Below, piece after piece: positions 47,424 to 62,254 of a DNA stretch of 64,000 nt (positions are counted from its first letter, which is position 1; every line of letters begins with the position of its first letter). The stretch is from positions 1,426,001 through 1,490,000 of the forward strand of contig JANJGN010000036.1 of assembly GCA_026770705.1 (NCBI GenBank), given 5' to 3'. The translations under genes and the position numbers were made by a program. The stretch comes from Isurus oxyrinchus (lineage: Eukaryota). The notes beneath the pieces are model-generated. The model was given only the letters and a program-made list of their open reading frames with translations. It had not been told where the DNA came from and did no database searches.

Positions 47424-48689
47424 TTAGCTCCTGGTTAATTTGAACCAATGCATTCGACATTGGAACGCCTCTACCAAACAGAGTCCACTTGCCAAACAAC
47501 CAACACTTCCTTCTCGCACTTTATAAATAGGTGGCTTCCCCAGAAATTACTATATTCTTGTGAATTTCAAGGATGAGTTCAGAAAGAAAAGCTTAAATAA
47601 AAATTCTCCTTTTTTCATCAATACTCGTGTTCCACACCTCTAAACAACTATTAACAAGATATTTCGTTCTAAGCAAAAAGGGTTACACCACACCTGGTTA
47701 GACTGAATTACCGATCAGAGTCACATCATTTTCTATGTTCCCATTCTGATTACTCCAGAAACGGCAGGTACAACAGGATCAGATTTAGCAGCAGCAATGG
47801 CAGTTCCAATCAGACAATTGTTCCAAATCCATCTCCGTGAACGTTTCCAAGAAATCTTTTGGAGATTTAAGTGATCTCCTGCACTCTTCTTAAAGTGCAC
47901 CTAGATTTTGTTATCTGCTTACATAACGCAAACTTATGTTCACAGGGGCTTAGAGGGTTAACTTACGAGTACAGGGTGGATAGGCTAATTTTCCATTATT
48001 CCAGTTTAGAAGAGGAAGGGGTGATCGAACCGAGGTGTTTAGGATTATGAAAGAATTCGATTGGGTGGAGAGCGAGAAGCTATTACTTCTGGTGGAAGTA
48101 GTCAGGGCGTCCAGAACAAAGGGGATAAACCTTCAAATCAGAGCGAGGCCGCTAAGGACTGATTTCAGGAAGCAATTCTTCACACAAAGCTGAGTGGACA
48201 TCTTCAACTCTCTTCTCCAAAAAAAGCAGTTAACGCTGCGGTTAAATCGTTTTATTCAGGTGAGGGGATTAAGGGATCCGGAATGAAAGCTCTTAGGTGG
48301 AGTTCAGGAACAGATTGCACGTGATCTATTAGAATGGTGAAACAGGCTCGAGGGGCTAAATGGCCTCATCGTACTCGAAATTCCTGTTCCCAGTAAGAAT
48401 GAGAAGTAATACTTTGAGGACTGATGTCAGGAGCTCTGTCACACACTGCACGAACAGCATTGAGGATGGTTTTCTGGGTAGAGCGATTTTGGGTTTGGGA
48501 GATTGTGTCTGTGAAACTCCCTGAAATTGTTTAAGAAATAATTGTTGCCCTGATGATTGAGGAGGACAGAACCCTCCCGGGTGGATGAGCTGTGTTTAGC
48601 AGAATGAACTTTTCCATCTGTATCTTGTAACAATTGCTCCCAAATACTCTTTACATTGTGGTTGCAGAATACAAAATATAAAACCCCCA

Positions 48690-48960
48690 CAAGGATCTTG
48701 TATTCCGTTATCAAGTCTCCACTTATCCATCTTTTCTGCAAGGAAAACACTCCCATCTTCTCCAATCTATGTCCGCAGCTGAAGTTCCTCATCCCTGGAA
48801 TCATGCTCGTGAATCTTTTCTGCACACTGCACAGTGGCTTCACACCCTTCCTAAAGTCTGACACCCAGAACAGGGCACAATACTCGAGCTGATGCCTAAC
48901 TCGTGTCTGATACAAATTAAACATAAAACCCCTTGCTCTTGTAATCAATGTCCCTATTAA
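48690..48960 (-). mobile_element. CR1 LINE fragment, minus strand
   Basis: LYQTRVRHQLEYCALFW..VQKRFTSMIPGMR..FSLQKR in ORF 48439..49056. Confidence 0.8.
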
Positions 48961-50289
48961 TAATTGATGTTCCCTGGTTATTGGCCTCTCTTTGTCTCTC
49001 TCTCTCTCTCCCTCTTTCTCTCCTGGAGTCAGTAAAACAAATAGAAAAATAAACATCAGTCAGGCATTTTATCTTTCTTAACACTGGCCATTTTCTTCCT
49101 AATCCCTGCATCATCGCAGCAAGATTTACTCTTGTGCACCAAATATCTGGCAATAAAAACTAATTGCATACGACAATTGATGCTAAGTCATTTGTTAAAC
49201 CTTAAATGTGAGTTTGATAGATTTTTGTTAGTCAGAAGAGAGCAGTCATGATCTCATTGAATGTCAGAACAGGGTTGACGTTTTAAACGGAATCCTCTTC
49301 TTCCCCTTGTGTTAACAGTTGTGAATTTCAAAATTCGCCAGCCTCAGCCAATGGGTTGTAAGCAGTTCAGCTGCTCACATTTGCGAGGAGGTATAGTATA
49401 AGAGAATTAACTCTCAGGGTCATGAGGAGAGTGCTGGGATTGGGCTAATGTGCACAAGCGAAGTCTTGGCACAGACGTGGCCTGCAGCAATATCATTTGG
49501 CAGGGTACTCTCATAATCACACACGCACACAAACACACACACACACAAACACAATCTCTCTCTCTCTCTCTTTCTCAGACACATTCACACGGCAAATTGC
49601 ACACCGACACACAATCACTTGCACACTTACAGTCGCATACACAGACACCCTCACCCACAACCAGATACACAAACAAATACACAGACACACACTGGCACAC
49701 ACATGTATCCACACACGGCTTCATACATACACATTCTCTCACGCAGACAAACACACACAAACAAACACACAGACTTACACACACATTCACACAAACACAC
49801 CTTCACACACACACAGACACAGACACGCACACAGACACACACAGACAGAGCAGACAGAGAGCAGGGAGAGATAATTTCAATCTCACTCTAGTCAACCCAG
49901 GGAAATTCTTAGAAGAATAATAGAAGCAGAGTTGAAACTGTTTGTTCTTTATTGTTAAATGAGACAATGCAAATATATCCCCATCGCTCTGGTTGGGAGT
50001 GTAATTGATGATGTAACTGATGTCTGACCCCAAAACAATTATTAAATGTGACCCAGGAATAGTTTTGCTGTAAACATCTCAGGGTGTAAAGTACCTGGGA
50101 GCACAGTTACTATGAACAAGGTGGTATACAGGGTGGGAATGGAGAGTGAAGCTGCTCTGCAGAGGGAATGGTTCTTGTTGGTGGTGGATTTAGAAGCTGA
50201 ACTTTATATTTCAAGAGGTTCCCAGAGCCTCAAGCAACTGAACTGGGGTCTTTGGGAAGAGACAGTTTCTGCTGCTGTTTCCCTTTCTC

Positions 50290-50520
50290 TCCGCTAGAGG
50301 CCGGTCTCACTCACCTCAGGACCTCCTGCTTAACCCGCTGCTCTTGTCAAAGTGTCCTCCTGCCAATCCCCGGCGCAGCCGCTGCTCTTTGTCCAACTGC
50401 CCGTTGGGGAGGGCGGGGCACCGGCCGCCATGTTGGCGTGATGTCACCGCCGGCTCCATCCCTTTTATTTTAATAATGCGAAAAGAAACAAGCAACGCTT
50501 CATGATGAGCCGGGAACTGG
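50290..50520 (-). promoter_or_regulatory. CpG-rich promoter/first-exon-like element
   Basis: Local CpG density, GC box gggcgggg, YY1-like caacATGGCGGC (ATG 50431), TGACATCA, and strong donor GAG|GTGAGT at 50315/50314. Confidence 0.45.
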
Positions 50521-50689
50521 AATTCTGAAACGGGGGGGAGGTGAGTACTATTATTAATAATAATAAATAAAAATCAGTTGGCGAGTGTGGGGAGCGGTGC
50601 TTTGCATGTGTACTGGGCTCTGCCTCCCAGAGTGCAGCGCGGCACGTGTCAAAGATAGAGGACTTTCCCAGCCGCGGGGGATTGTGGGA

Positions 50690-53600
50690 AAATGTTGCAA
50701 GAACAACTGAGACACTAGATTTTCCGCCTGAACGTGGAGCAAACGTATAGGTTAACACATCATTTTCAATATTAATCTGGTTAACAAGCACCGCACACAA
50801 CAGAGGAGACACTGTTGCAAATTTCCCCAGGTATACGTTCAAAACGCAGAGATATATCAACCTGCAATGCAGCTCTGAATTACCCCAATCACATTTACTG
50901 TTTAAAACACTTGTTGGATAATGTCAGAATTACACACACGCCTTTACTGTTCTAACCCTGTGCTCGAAGCTTTCAGATTTGCTGTGTATATACACGGCTT
51001 TGGGGATAAAAGGGTCAAAGCTTCTTCTCAAATGTTAATCTCTGTCTTGTGATTAAAGTGATGCAAACCCACCCTCTGCAGCAGCTCACTGCCACTACAG
51101 GCGTTGCTCTTTACCACTCTCAGAGAAGTTCAGCTCATGTATGGCTGCATCTGGAAACAGGTTGATGAAGAGTGAATATTGAACAACGTTGTAAGTTTGC
51201 AGCAGGGTGCACAATTTTCTTGAGTGGTCCATTCGCTGTTTTACCACCTGACCCTGTACATGAGCTCTCTCCACAGTCCCCATTGGAGATATTGGCTGGA
51301 GGTGGTAGTTGGGGATTATTATACACGCACATAATCTTTCACACAAACACACACTCACCTGCACACTTGCAGTCGCATACACAGACACCCTCACCCACCA
51401 TCAGATACACAGACACACACTTGTACACACAATCATAAACAGACACATACATTCACGCGTACACTTACACAAACACATAGTCTCACACACACAGAAACAT
51501 ACACACAAACACACCCTCACAGAATTTCACCCACCCCCCACACACACCCTCACGCACACATCGACACAAACGCATCCTCACACCCTCAAACACACACACA
51601 CACAAATACACAGACAGAGAGCAGGGAGGGTTAATGTTAAGGAGGAAGCCGCCATTGCAGCAGCAACAAGAGAGACAGATTTTATGCCTGCAGGTGGAGG
51701 AAGGTATAGTTTAACAAATCATTTTCAATATTAATCAGGTTAACGAGGACCGGACATAACAAAGGGGGCACTGGTGCAAATTTCCCCAGGTACGAAAAAT
51801 TCAAAACGCAGAGATATCATATCAACCTACATTGGAGCTCTGGTTTATGATACTCACTTTCACTGTTCCAAACCCCTGCTGGATAATATCAGAATCACAC
51901 ACACACACACAAACACACCTTTACTGTTCTTTGCCTTAGTAAATGGAAAAGCATCGAAAACACAAACAATATATTGTAGAGAATTTATGTTCACTTTCTA
52001 GGAGCGTTTATTCACCTTGTGTCCGTGCTGGCCCAGAGGTGAAGAGCTCTGCAATCTATTCCCATTTCGCACCTCTTGATCTGCACCCCTGTAGCTTTCG
52101 GTGACACAGAGAGAGACCAGCTGAGTTGCAATCCAAATGCACTACCTCCACTCCTGCCCCTTATTTATCTGCCAGTCACAAACATTAAATAAAACTACAA
52201 CAGAATTGCCAAGGAATGTTTTACTTTCCACATATCAGTGTTGACTCTGGTGATACTAGTAGCCCTTCCCCAAAGCACAGTAAACATACTGAGGCTCAAT
52301 GATATCTCAATTATTTCTGGAAATTGTTAACAATAACAGGTCACAGGGTAGGTAACGTGATTCTGTTCCAAAGCTGACATGTGCAGCTGCTTTATAATAT
52401 CAATCTCACACAGACACACTCAATCACACACACACTTACATAGACGGACACATACACACTTTCACCCACATTCAGAAATGCACATTCATACACACTCACT
52501 CACACACATACACTCGCATAGACAAACCCCCTCACACGCACTCAGCCATATTCATGCACACACACGCAGTCTCGTAGATACACACAGACAAGCACACATG
52601 CACTTGCATACAAATAGACACACAAAAGACGGTCACCCACATGTATAAACACACATACTGTCTCACACAGACGCACACTCACTCACATAGTCTCATAAAA
52701 AAAGACACATTCACATAAACACACCCACACAGACTCTCACCCAACCCCCACCCCACACACAACCTCACACACACATAGACACAAACAGATCCTCACACCC
52801 TCAAACACACACAGAGACAGAGAGCAGGGAGGTTTAATGTTAATGACAGAGCCGCCATTGCAGCAGCAACAACTGAGGCACTGGATTTTACGCGTGCAGG
52901 TGGAGGAAGGTATAGGTTAACAAGTCAATCCAATATTAATCAGCTAAGCAAGGACCGGACACAACAAAGGGGAAACTGGTGCAAATTTCACCGGGTATAA
53001 AAAGTTCAAAACACAGAGATATTATATCAACCTGCAATGGAGCTCGGGTTTACCACACTCACCTTCACTGTTCCAAACCCCTGCTGGACAAGATCAGAAT
53101 CACGCACACACACATTTACTGCTCTAACCCTGTCCTTGAAACTTTCAGATTTGCTGTGTATATACAGGGCTTTGGGGATAAAAGGGGCAAATACTCTTCT
53201 CAAATGTTAATCTCTGTCTTGTGATTAAAGTGACACAAGCCCACCCTCTGCTGGCAGCTCACTGCCACTACAGGCGCTGCTCTTTGCCACTCAGAGACAT
53301 TCAGCTCTTGCTTCTGGAAACAGGTTGATGAAGAATGCTTATTGAGCAACGTTGTAAGGGATTGGATGTTGCATCCGGGTGCACAGTTCCCTCGGGTGGT
53401 CCATTCGCTGCTTTACTTCCTGACCATGTACATGAGCTCTCTCCTCAATCCCCATTAGAGATATTGGCTGGAGGTGGTAGTTGGGGATTATTTCAGTCTG
53501 TAATGTGCACATTCGGTTCAGTTATCAGAGTATAATCGCATTCAGAATGGGAGTAGATAAACCTTCCTGTACTCTGTAACTCCTCTGCAATACATTGTCA

Positions 53601-56600
53601 ATGTTTAAGCCGACACATTGGATTTTGCTAGAGATTTTTATTAATTATTTTTCCAAGATATTTTTCACAATTCCTCACACCGATTCTTTGCCCTAGAAAA
53701 GAAAAGCATTGAAAACACAAACAATATATGGGAGAGAATTTATTTTAACTTCCTTACAGCTTTTATTCACATTGTCTGTGTGCTGGCCCAGAAGTGAAGA
53801 GCTCTGCAATCTATTCCCATTGTGCAGCTCTTGGTCTGCACCCCTGTAGCTTTCAGTGACACAGAGAGAGACCAGCTGAGTTGGAATCCAAATGCAATAC
53901 CTCCACTCTCGCCCCTTATTTATCTGCCAGGCACAAACATCAAATAAAGCTCCAACAGAATTGCCATGGAGAGTTTTACTTTCGTATATCAGTGTTGACT
54001 CTGGTGAAACTAGTAACCCTTCCCCAAAGCACAATAAACACACAGAGTCTGAATGATATCTCAGTTATTTCTGGAAATTGTTAACAGCAACAGGGCACAG
54101 GTTTGGTAACGTCATTCTGTTCCAAAGGTGGCATGTGCTGCTGCTTTATAATATCAATCTCACACAGACAGACTCAATCACACACACATGATTGAGACCG
54201 GACACATACACACTCTCTCCCCCCATTCATAAGGACACATTCACACATATTCACTCTCACACATACACTCGCATACACAGACACCCTCATACGCACTCGG
54301 CCATATTCATGCACACACACTCAGTTTTGCAGAGAAGCACAGACAAGCACTCATGCAGTTGCATACAAAGTGACACACAAAACACAGTCACCCACATGTA
54401 TAAACATATATCTCACACAGACACACACTCACTTACACTCTTACAGTCGCATACACAGACACCCTCACCCACAATTAGATACACAGACACACACTTGCAT
54501 ACACAATCATAAACACACACACATTCCTGCGTACACTCGCACAAACAATTACTAACTCACACACAGGCACATTCACACAAACACACCGTCACAACTCTCA
54601 CTCTCCACACACACACTCCCACACACACACACAGATGGAGAGAAGGGAGGGTTAATGTTACTGAGGGAGCCGCCATTGCAGCACCAACAACTGAGACACT
54701 GGACTTTCCGCCTGTAGGTGGAGGAAGGTACAGGTTGACACATCATTTTCAATAACAATCAGTTTAACAAGCACCGGACACAACAGTAGGGGCACTGATG
54801 CAAATTTCCCCAGGTATAAAAAGTTCAAGATGCAGAGATATTATATCAACCTGTAACGGCGCTGTGGTTTACCTCACTCACGTTCACTGCTGGATAATAT
54901 CAGAATCACACACACACCTTTATGGTTCTAAACCTGTGCTCGAAACTTTCAGATTTGCTCTATATTTACAGGGCTTTAGGGATAAAAGTGTCAAAGCCTC
55001 TTCTCAAATGTTAATTTCTGTCTTGTGATTAAAGTGATAAAGCCCACCCTCTGCTGTCAGCTAACCGCCACTACAGGCGCTGCTCTTTGCCACTCTCAGA
55101 TAAGTTCAGCTCCTGCATGGCTGCATCTGGAAACAGGTTGATGAAGAGTGAATATTTAGCAACGTTGTAAGGGATTGAAGTTTGCAGCAGGGTGCACAGT
55201 TCGCTCGGGTGGTCTATTCGCTGTTTTACCACCTGACCCTGTACATGAGCTCTCTCCTGAATCCCCATTGAAGATATTGGCTGGGGATGGTAATTGAGGA
55301 TTATTTCAGTCTGCAATGTATACATTCGGTTCAGTTATCAGACTGTAATCCCATTCAGAATGGGAGTAGATAAACTTTGCTGCACTCGATAACTCCTCAG
55401 CAATACATTGTCAATGAGTAACCCGAGACATGGGATTTTGCTACAGATTTTTATTAATTATGTTTCCAAGATATTTTTCTCAATTTATCACAAAGATACT
55501 TTGCCCTAGTAAAAGGAAAAGCATTGAAAACACAAACAATATAGAGGCGAGAATTTATTTTAACTTCCTTACAGCCTTTATTCACATTGTCTCCGTGCTG
55601 GGCCAGAAGTGAAGAGCTCTGCAATCTATTACAATTTTGCAGCTCTTGGTCTGCACCCCTGTAGCTTTCGGTGACAGAGAGAGAGACCAGCTGAGTTGGA
55701 ATCCAAATGCAATACCTCCACTCCTGCCCCTTACTTATCTGCCAGCCACAAACATGAAATACAACTACAACAGAATTGCCAAGGAGAGTTTTACTTTCAT
55801 ATATCAGTGCTGACTCTGGTGAAACTAGTAACCCTTCCCCAAAGCACAATAAACATACAGAGGTTGAATGATATCTAAGTTATTTCTTGAAATTGTTAAC
55901 AACAGCAGGGCACAGGGTAGGTAACGTGATTCTGTTCCAAAGGTGACATGTGCAGCTGCTTTATAATATCAATCTCACACAGACACACTCAATCACACAC
56001 ACACTTACATAGCCGGATAAATACACATTTTCACCCACATTCAGAAGTGCACGTTCACGCACACTCACTCACACACATACACTCGCATAGACAAACACCC
56101 TCACCCGCACTCAGCCATATTCATGCACACACACGCAGTTTCAGAGACACACACAGACAAGCACACATGCACTTGCATACAAAGAGACACACAAAAGACA
56201 GTCACACACATGTATAAACACACATAATCTCTCACACAGACACACACTCACTTGCACTCTTACAGTCGCATACACAGACACCCTCACCCACAATCAGATA
56301 CACAGACACACACTTGCACACACAATCATAAACACACAAACACATTCATGCGTGCACACACACAAACACATAGTCTCACACACACAGACACATTCACATA
56401 AACACACCCACACAGACTCTCACCCACCCCCCCACCCCACACACAACCTCATGCACACATAGACACAAACAGATCCTCACACCCTCAGACATACACACAC
56501 AGACAGAGAAGGGGGAGTTTTAACATTAATGACAGAGCCGCCATTGCAGCAGCAACAACTGAGGCACTGGATTTTACGCGTGCAGGTGGAGGAAGGTGTA

Positions 56601-58318
56601 GGTCAACAAGTCATTTTCAATATTAATCAGCTGAACAAGTACCGGACACAACGAAGGGGACACTGGTGCAAATTTCACCAGGTGTAAAAAGTTCAAAACA
56701 CATATTATATCAACCTGCAATGGAGCTCGGGTTTACCACACTCACCTTCACTATTCCAAACGCCTGCTGGACAATATCAGAATCACACACACACACCTTT
56801 ACTGTTCTAATCCTGTCCTTGAAACTTTCAGATTTGCTGTGTATATAAAGTGTTTTGGGGATAAAAGGGTCAAAGCCTCTTCTCAAATGTTAATCTCTGT
56901 CTTGTGATTAAAGTGATACAAGCCCACCCTCTGCTGGCAGCTCACTGCCACTACAGGCGCTGCTGTTTGCCACTCTCAGAGAAGTTGAGCTCCTGCATGG
57001 ATGCTTCTGGAAACAGGTGATGAAGAGTGCTTATTGAACATCGTTGTAAGGGATTGAAGTTTGCAGCAGGGTGCACAGTTTGCTCGGGTGTTCCTTTCGC
57101 TGCTTTACCACCTGACCATGTACATGAGCTTTCTCCACAATCCCCATTGGAGATATTGGCTGGAGATGGTATTTGGGGATTATTTCAGTCTGTAACGTGC
57201 ACATTCGGTTCAGTTAACAAAGTGTAATTTCATTCAGAGTGGGAGTAGATAAACTTTGCTGTACTCTGCAACTTCTCTGCAATACATTGTCAATGTTTAA
57301 CCCGACACATTAGATTTTGCTAGAGATTTTTATTAATTATGTTTCCAAGATATTTTTCTCAATTCCTCACACGGATTCTTTGCCCTAGAAAAGAAAATCA
57401 TTGAAAACACTAACAATATATGGGAGAGAATTTATGTTCACTTCCTTACAGCTTTTATTCACATTTTCTCCGTGCTGGCCCAGAATGGAAGAACTCTGCA
57501 ATCTATGCACATTTTGCAGCTCTTGGTGTGCTCTCTTGTAGGTTATGGTGATAGAGAGAGAGGCCAGCTGAGTTGGAATCCAAATGCAATACCTCCACTC
57601 CTGCCCCTTATTTATCTGCCAGCCACAAACATCAAATAAAGCTCCAACAGAATTGCCATGGAGAGTTTTACTTTCATATATCGGTGTTGACTCTGGTGAA
57701 ACTAGTGACCCTTCCCCAAAGCACAATAAACACATAGAGGCTGAATGATATCTCAGTTATTTCTGGAAATTGTTAACAACAACAGGGCGCAGTGTGTGTA
57801 ACGTGATTCTGTTCCAAAGGTGGCATGTGCAGCTGCTTTATAATATCAATCTCACACAGACAGACTCATTCACACACACACTTGCCTAGACCTGACACAT
57901 ACACACTTTCTCCCACATTCATAAGTACACATTCACACATATTCACTCTCACACATACACTTTCATACACAGACACCCTCACACACACTCGGCCATATTC
58001 ATGCACGCACACTCAGTCTCGGAGACACACACAGACAAGCACACGTGCAGTTGAATACAAGGAGACACACAAAACACAGTCACCCACATGTATAAACATA
58101 CACATACTCTCCCACACAGACACACACTCGCTTGCACACTTACATTCGCATACACAGACACCCTAACCCACAATTAGATACACAGACACACACTTGCATA
58201 CACAATCATAAACACACACACATTCCTGCGTACACTCGCACAAACACATACTAACTCACACACAGACACATTCACACAAACACACCCTCACAACTCTCAA
58301 CCCCCACATGCACACTCC

Positions 58319-58351
<33 letters not shown>

Positions 58352-58705
58352 AGAAGGGAGGGTTAATGTTAATGAGGGAGCCGCCATTGCAGCAGCCACA
58401 ACTGAGACATTGGATTTTCCGCCTGTAGGTGGAGGAAGGTATAGGTTAATACGACATTTTCAATAACAATCAGGTTAACAGGCACTGGACACAACAAAGG
58501 GGGCACTGATGCAAATTTCTCCTGGTATAAAAAGTTCAACATGCAGAGATATTTTATCAACTTGTAATGGCGCACTGGTTTACCCCACTCAACTTCACTG
58601 TTCCATACCCCTGCTGGATGATATCAGAATCACACACACACCTTTACGGTTCTAACCCTGTGCTTGAAACTTTCAGATTTGCTGTGAATGTACAGGGCTT
58701 TGGAG
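50690..58705. repeat. Macrosatellite with ~1.82-1.87-kb unit (two shortened 5' units), A/B alternating, interleaved with CA-rich tracts
   Basis: Marker gccgccattgcagca at ~51648, 52851, 54669, 56537, 58380 (partial at ~50695). Near-identical ORFs recur (e.g. 53693 and 57385; 52379 and 55948). Confidence 0.93.
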
Positions 58706-61489
58706 AAAAAATGGCCACCATCGATAATGACAAAATGACTGATTGATGTAGGTGGAGATCTACAGAGCCTCACAGAGGTGTGTGTAGGGGGTGGGGGGGG
58801 GGGGGGTGGGTGGGTGGGTGGGTGGGGGTTGGGGGTGGTTCGGGGGTGTGGGGGCGTGGTGTGGAGTGAAACAGAAACATACACAAGGGTATATAGAGTG
58901 ACAGAATAAATTAAGTTCAATATTATATTTTTAAAAATGAACAATTGTCTGAATATCAATCATCAAAGGCGGAAGGCAGTTCCAAACCTCTCCGACCCAA
59001 GCGTGTTGAAGTGCCAGATGAAATCACCCCTGATCTTTCTAAATTCCAGAGAACACATTCAGATCTTGTGTAATCTCACTTTGTAATTTACCCCTTCCTG
59101 CTATCATTTGAGTAAAGCTGCCCTGCGCTAAAATGTATGGACCCTCAACTCTCTTTCAATGTCCACTGTTTGTAGATCTGTGTTATTTCAGCAAGCATTC
59201 TATCATATCATCTTAAATCACGAATACATACATTGAATCTTAGAAACACACACACAGATATTTTTTTGCAAAATTATTCTTTATTCATAAAATATTTGAG
59301 AGAAGATTACACAACATTTCAGCAAGTGCAATATATTCAGATTTTCTACTTAAATCATGTAGCACTCTGAGGTGCTTCAATACAATAAAAGAAACATTAC
59401 AGACATTTCAAAATGGTTCTTACTGAAAAGGCAATGATGTTTAACAACATTTGCAGCATTTCCAAAATGTAACATACATTGCTATCTGTGTTGTGTGAGT
59501 CCAGCTGTGAAATATCTGTACATTTTAGTATTGATTTGTTGACAGTCACGTGAAGATAAGGTCAACCTTAGATTTAAAAATCATCCAGTGACTCAGCATC
59601 AATTGCTGCCTGGGGAAGTCACCTCCAAACCAATACCCATCAGTTCCCCTTAACACTTGGACAACTTTGTCCATTCCCTTAAAACCATGGGACTGATTGG
59701 GAGGCAGCATTTGGGGAAGCGAATTCCAAACTTCTATCAACTTTTGTGTTTCGAAATGTTTCAAAATTCGCTCTTAAAAGTGTAAAGCTCTAAAATCCAA
59801 TGTCCCTTTATCTGTGTTCGCAAAGAGCAGGGGAGCGATGCAGATGTTGTGGATAAGGAGGAGGAGTGAGAAATATTATGTGGAATAAACAGACTGAAAT
59901 GGGAAACATCGAGGTATTTTGAACCTTTGAGAGTGGATTAATCAGCAGAAATGAGAGATGTTAGCTCCATGGTGAGTTTGGAGAAATTGGGTTTGACCCC
60001 CTTGAGGGGAGCTTTGCACAATATGTGCAAGATTAGGAGAGATTGTGATGCTCAGGTCACACTTTGATATGAACTTGAAGGATTACCTTCTCCACATCCA
60101 ACACTGAGTGAAGGTACAGCACGGTTTAGGTACAGAGTGAAGCCCAGTTTCTATTGTCTCTGGAATTAAGCCTTGTCACGTACACACCTTGGTCAGGATC
60201 GATACTCACCAGTCTCAGTAACTCAGACGCCACTGTGTCACTTGCCTTATTGCAGTTGGATGCCGTGTTTGGGAGCAGGACAGGTGCACAGGATTAGGAC
60301 GACTGCTCATGTGGAGGATAAACAGCAGGAATCTATCAGAGAATCAGAACAGACCAGGCAGAATCAAACAAGGTAAATCGTGTTGGATTTGTGAGCCTTG
60401 CTTTGTGGAACAGTTTAGTGCTTGGTGAGAATGTTGACCCACTGAAAATTGATATTGGAGGATGGTGTGGCAATAGGAGATAGGGAGGGGCCATTTACAG
60501 AATTTCAACATCCCCTTTTGTGAGGAAGTGTTTCTTCATTTCACTCTTGAAATGGTTTCAGACCATTCTTTAATTTTTAGATTATGATCCTAGTCTTAAG
60601 CTCCTCAACCAGAAAGCATTTCTCTCAATCTTCCTATTAGTTTCCATTATTCTCCTTAAAATTTTTATCAAGTTGCCCCTAATAGCTCAACAATCATAGT
60701 TTGTGTCTGCATAGCTCTCTCTCTGTCATGTACTATTGATACTTTATGAGGAGACAAATCTGTCGTTAGTTTTTCAGTGCTGTGTTCACATAAAATGGCC
60801 ACTGCAAACACACTTAAAATGGCTGACTGACATTTGGGGATATTTTCAAGATTCCCAAAGAGAGAGAGGGGGAAGGGGAGAGACTAAGGGAGTCACAGGC
60901 CGAGCAAGTGTAAAAAAAGAGATAGACTCTGATCGAGAGGGGAGCCAAGAGACAGAGAGTGAAAGAAAGATATTGGTCAGAGCACATGAGAAGAGGAGGA
61001 TTCAATTTAATCACTGAACCCTGTTCTGACACTCAGTGAGATAACTGGTTATCTGTGATCTTACTCTATATCAATTACAATTGGTTTACATTGTCAAATA
61101 TTTGGTGCACAAGAGTAAATCTTGCTCCGATGAAACTTGATTCTGAATAGAAAATGGCCACGATGAAGAAACTTAAAATGGCTGACTGATGTTTGCGAAT
61201 TTTCTTTTTCACAGATTCCCAGAGAGAGAAAAAGAGAGAGAGGGAGAGACAAAGAGAGGTCAATAACCAGGGACCATCAATTAACCAGGATCCTTCAAAA
61301 GGAGAATCAGATAACTCATTGAATGATAATAACATGCAGGATTATGGGGGAAAGAGTGTGGCAGTGAGACTAACTGGATTCCTCTTCAAAACAGCCAGCA
61401 CATCTGGATGAGCCAAATAGCCTCCTCCAGTGCTGGACTATTCTAACACTGTATCTATGACCCTTTTCTGATCACTATTTCTGAATATA

Positions 61490-62200
61490 TTTGTGAGTGT
61501 GACTGTGCATGTGTGAGGGTGTGTTTGTTTATGTGTCTGCGTGTATGAGAGACTATAGCTGTGCGAGCTTGTATGTGTGCATGAGAGCGAGAGAATCTGT
61601 GTGTGAGTGTTTGTGAATGTGTGTCTGTCTGCTTGTATTAGAGAATATTTCTGTAGGAGTTTGTCTGTGCATGTGTGTGAGAGATAGAGAAAACGTGTGT
61701 CAGAGAGATAATATATAGTGGCGTGTGTGCGTGTTTCTATGCATGAGAGAGAAAATATCTGTGTGGGTGTGTTTGTGTGTGAGAGAGAGAATATACCTGT
61801 GTGTGTGTGCCTATTCATGAGAGAGAATTTATCTGTATGGGCGTGTGAGACAGAGAATGTCTGCATATGTGTGTGAGAGGGAGAAAATATCTTTGTGAGT
61901 GTGTGTGTGTGTGCGTGTGTGTGAGGGTGTTTGTGCGTGTGTGAGAGCGAGAGAGACGGAATTGGTGTCTGTACGAGACAGACTAGAGAGAGGGTCAGAG
62001 AGTGACAGAGAGATAGAGTGAGACACAGAGACAGAGAGAGGTTGAGAGGCAGAAAGATGGGGTGAGAGAGAGAGAGAGGAACATAGTGACAGGGAGATGG
62101 GGTTTGAGAAACAGAGAAGGCGAGAGAAACAGAGAGACAGTGAGAGGGTAGTAGGTGTTGGGCATAGACATGGCGTGAGACACAGAATCAGAGAGACGAG
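61490..62200. repeat. GT/GA-rich low-complexity tract
   Basis: Directly visible. A comparable CA-rich tract lies at ~49515-49860. Confidence 0.85.
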
Positions 62201-62254
62201 TCAAGGAAAGGCAAAAGCGACCGAGAGAGAGAGAACTGACGTAATGGAGTAAGA

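Noticed and set aside
49450-58575. Many His/Thr- or Cys/Val-rich and recurring ORFs in the macrosatellite
   Set aside because: They derive from CA microsatellites or repeat units, with stops and frameshifts that vary between units and no recognisable domain.
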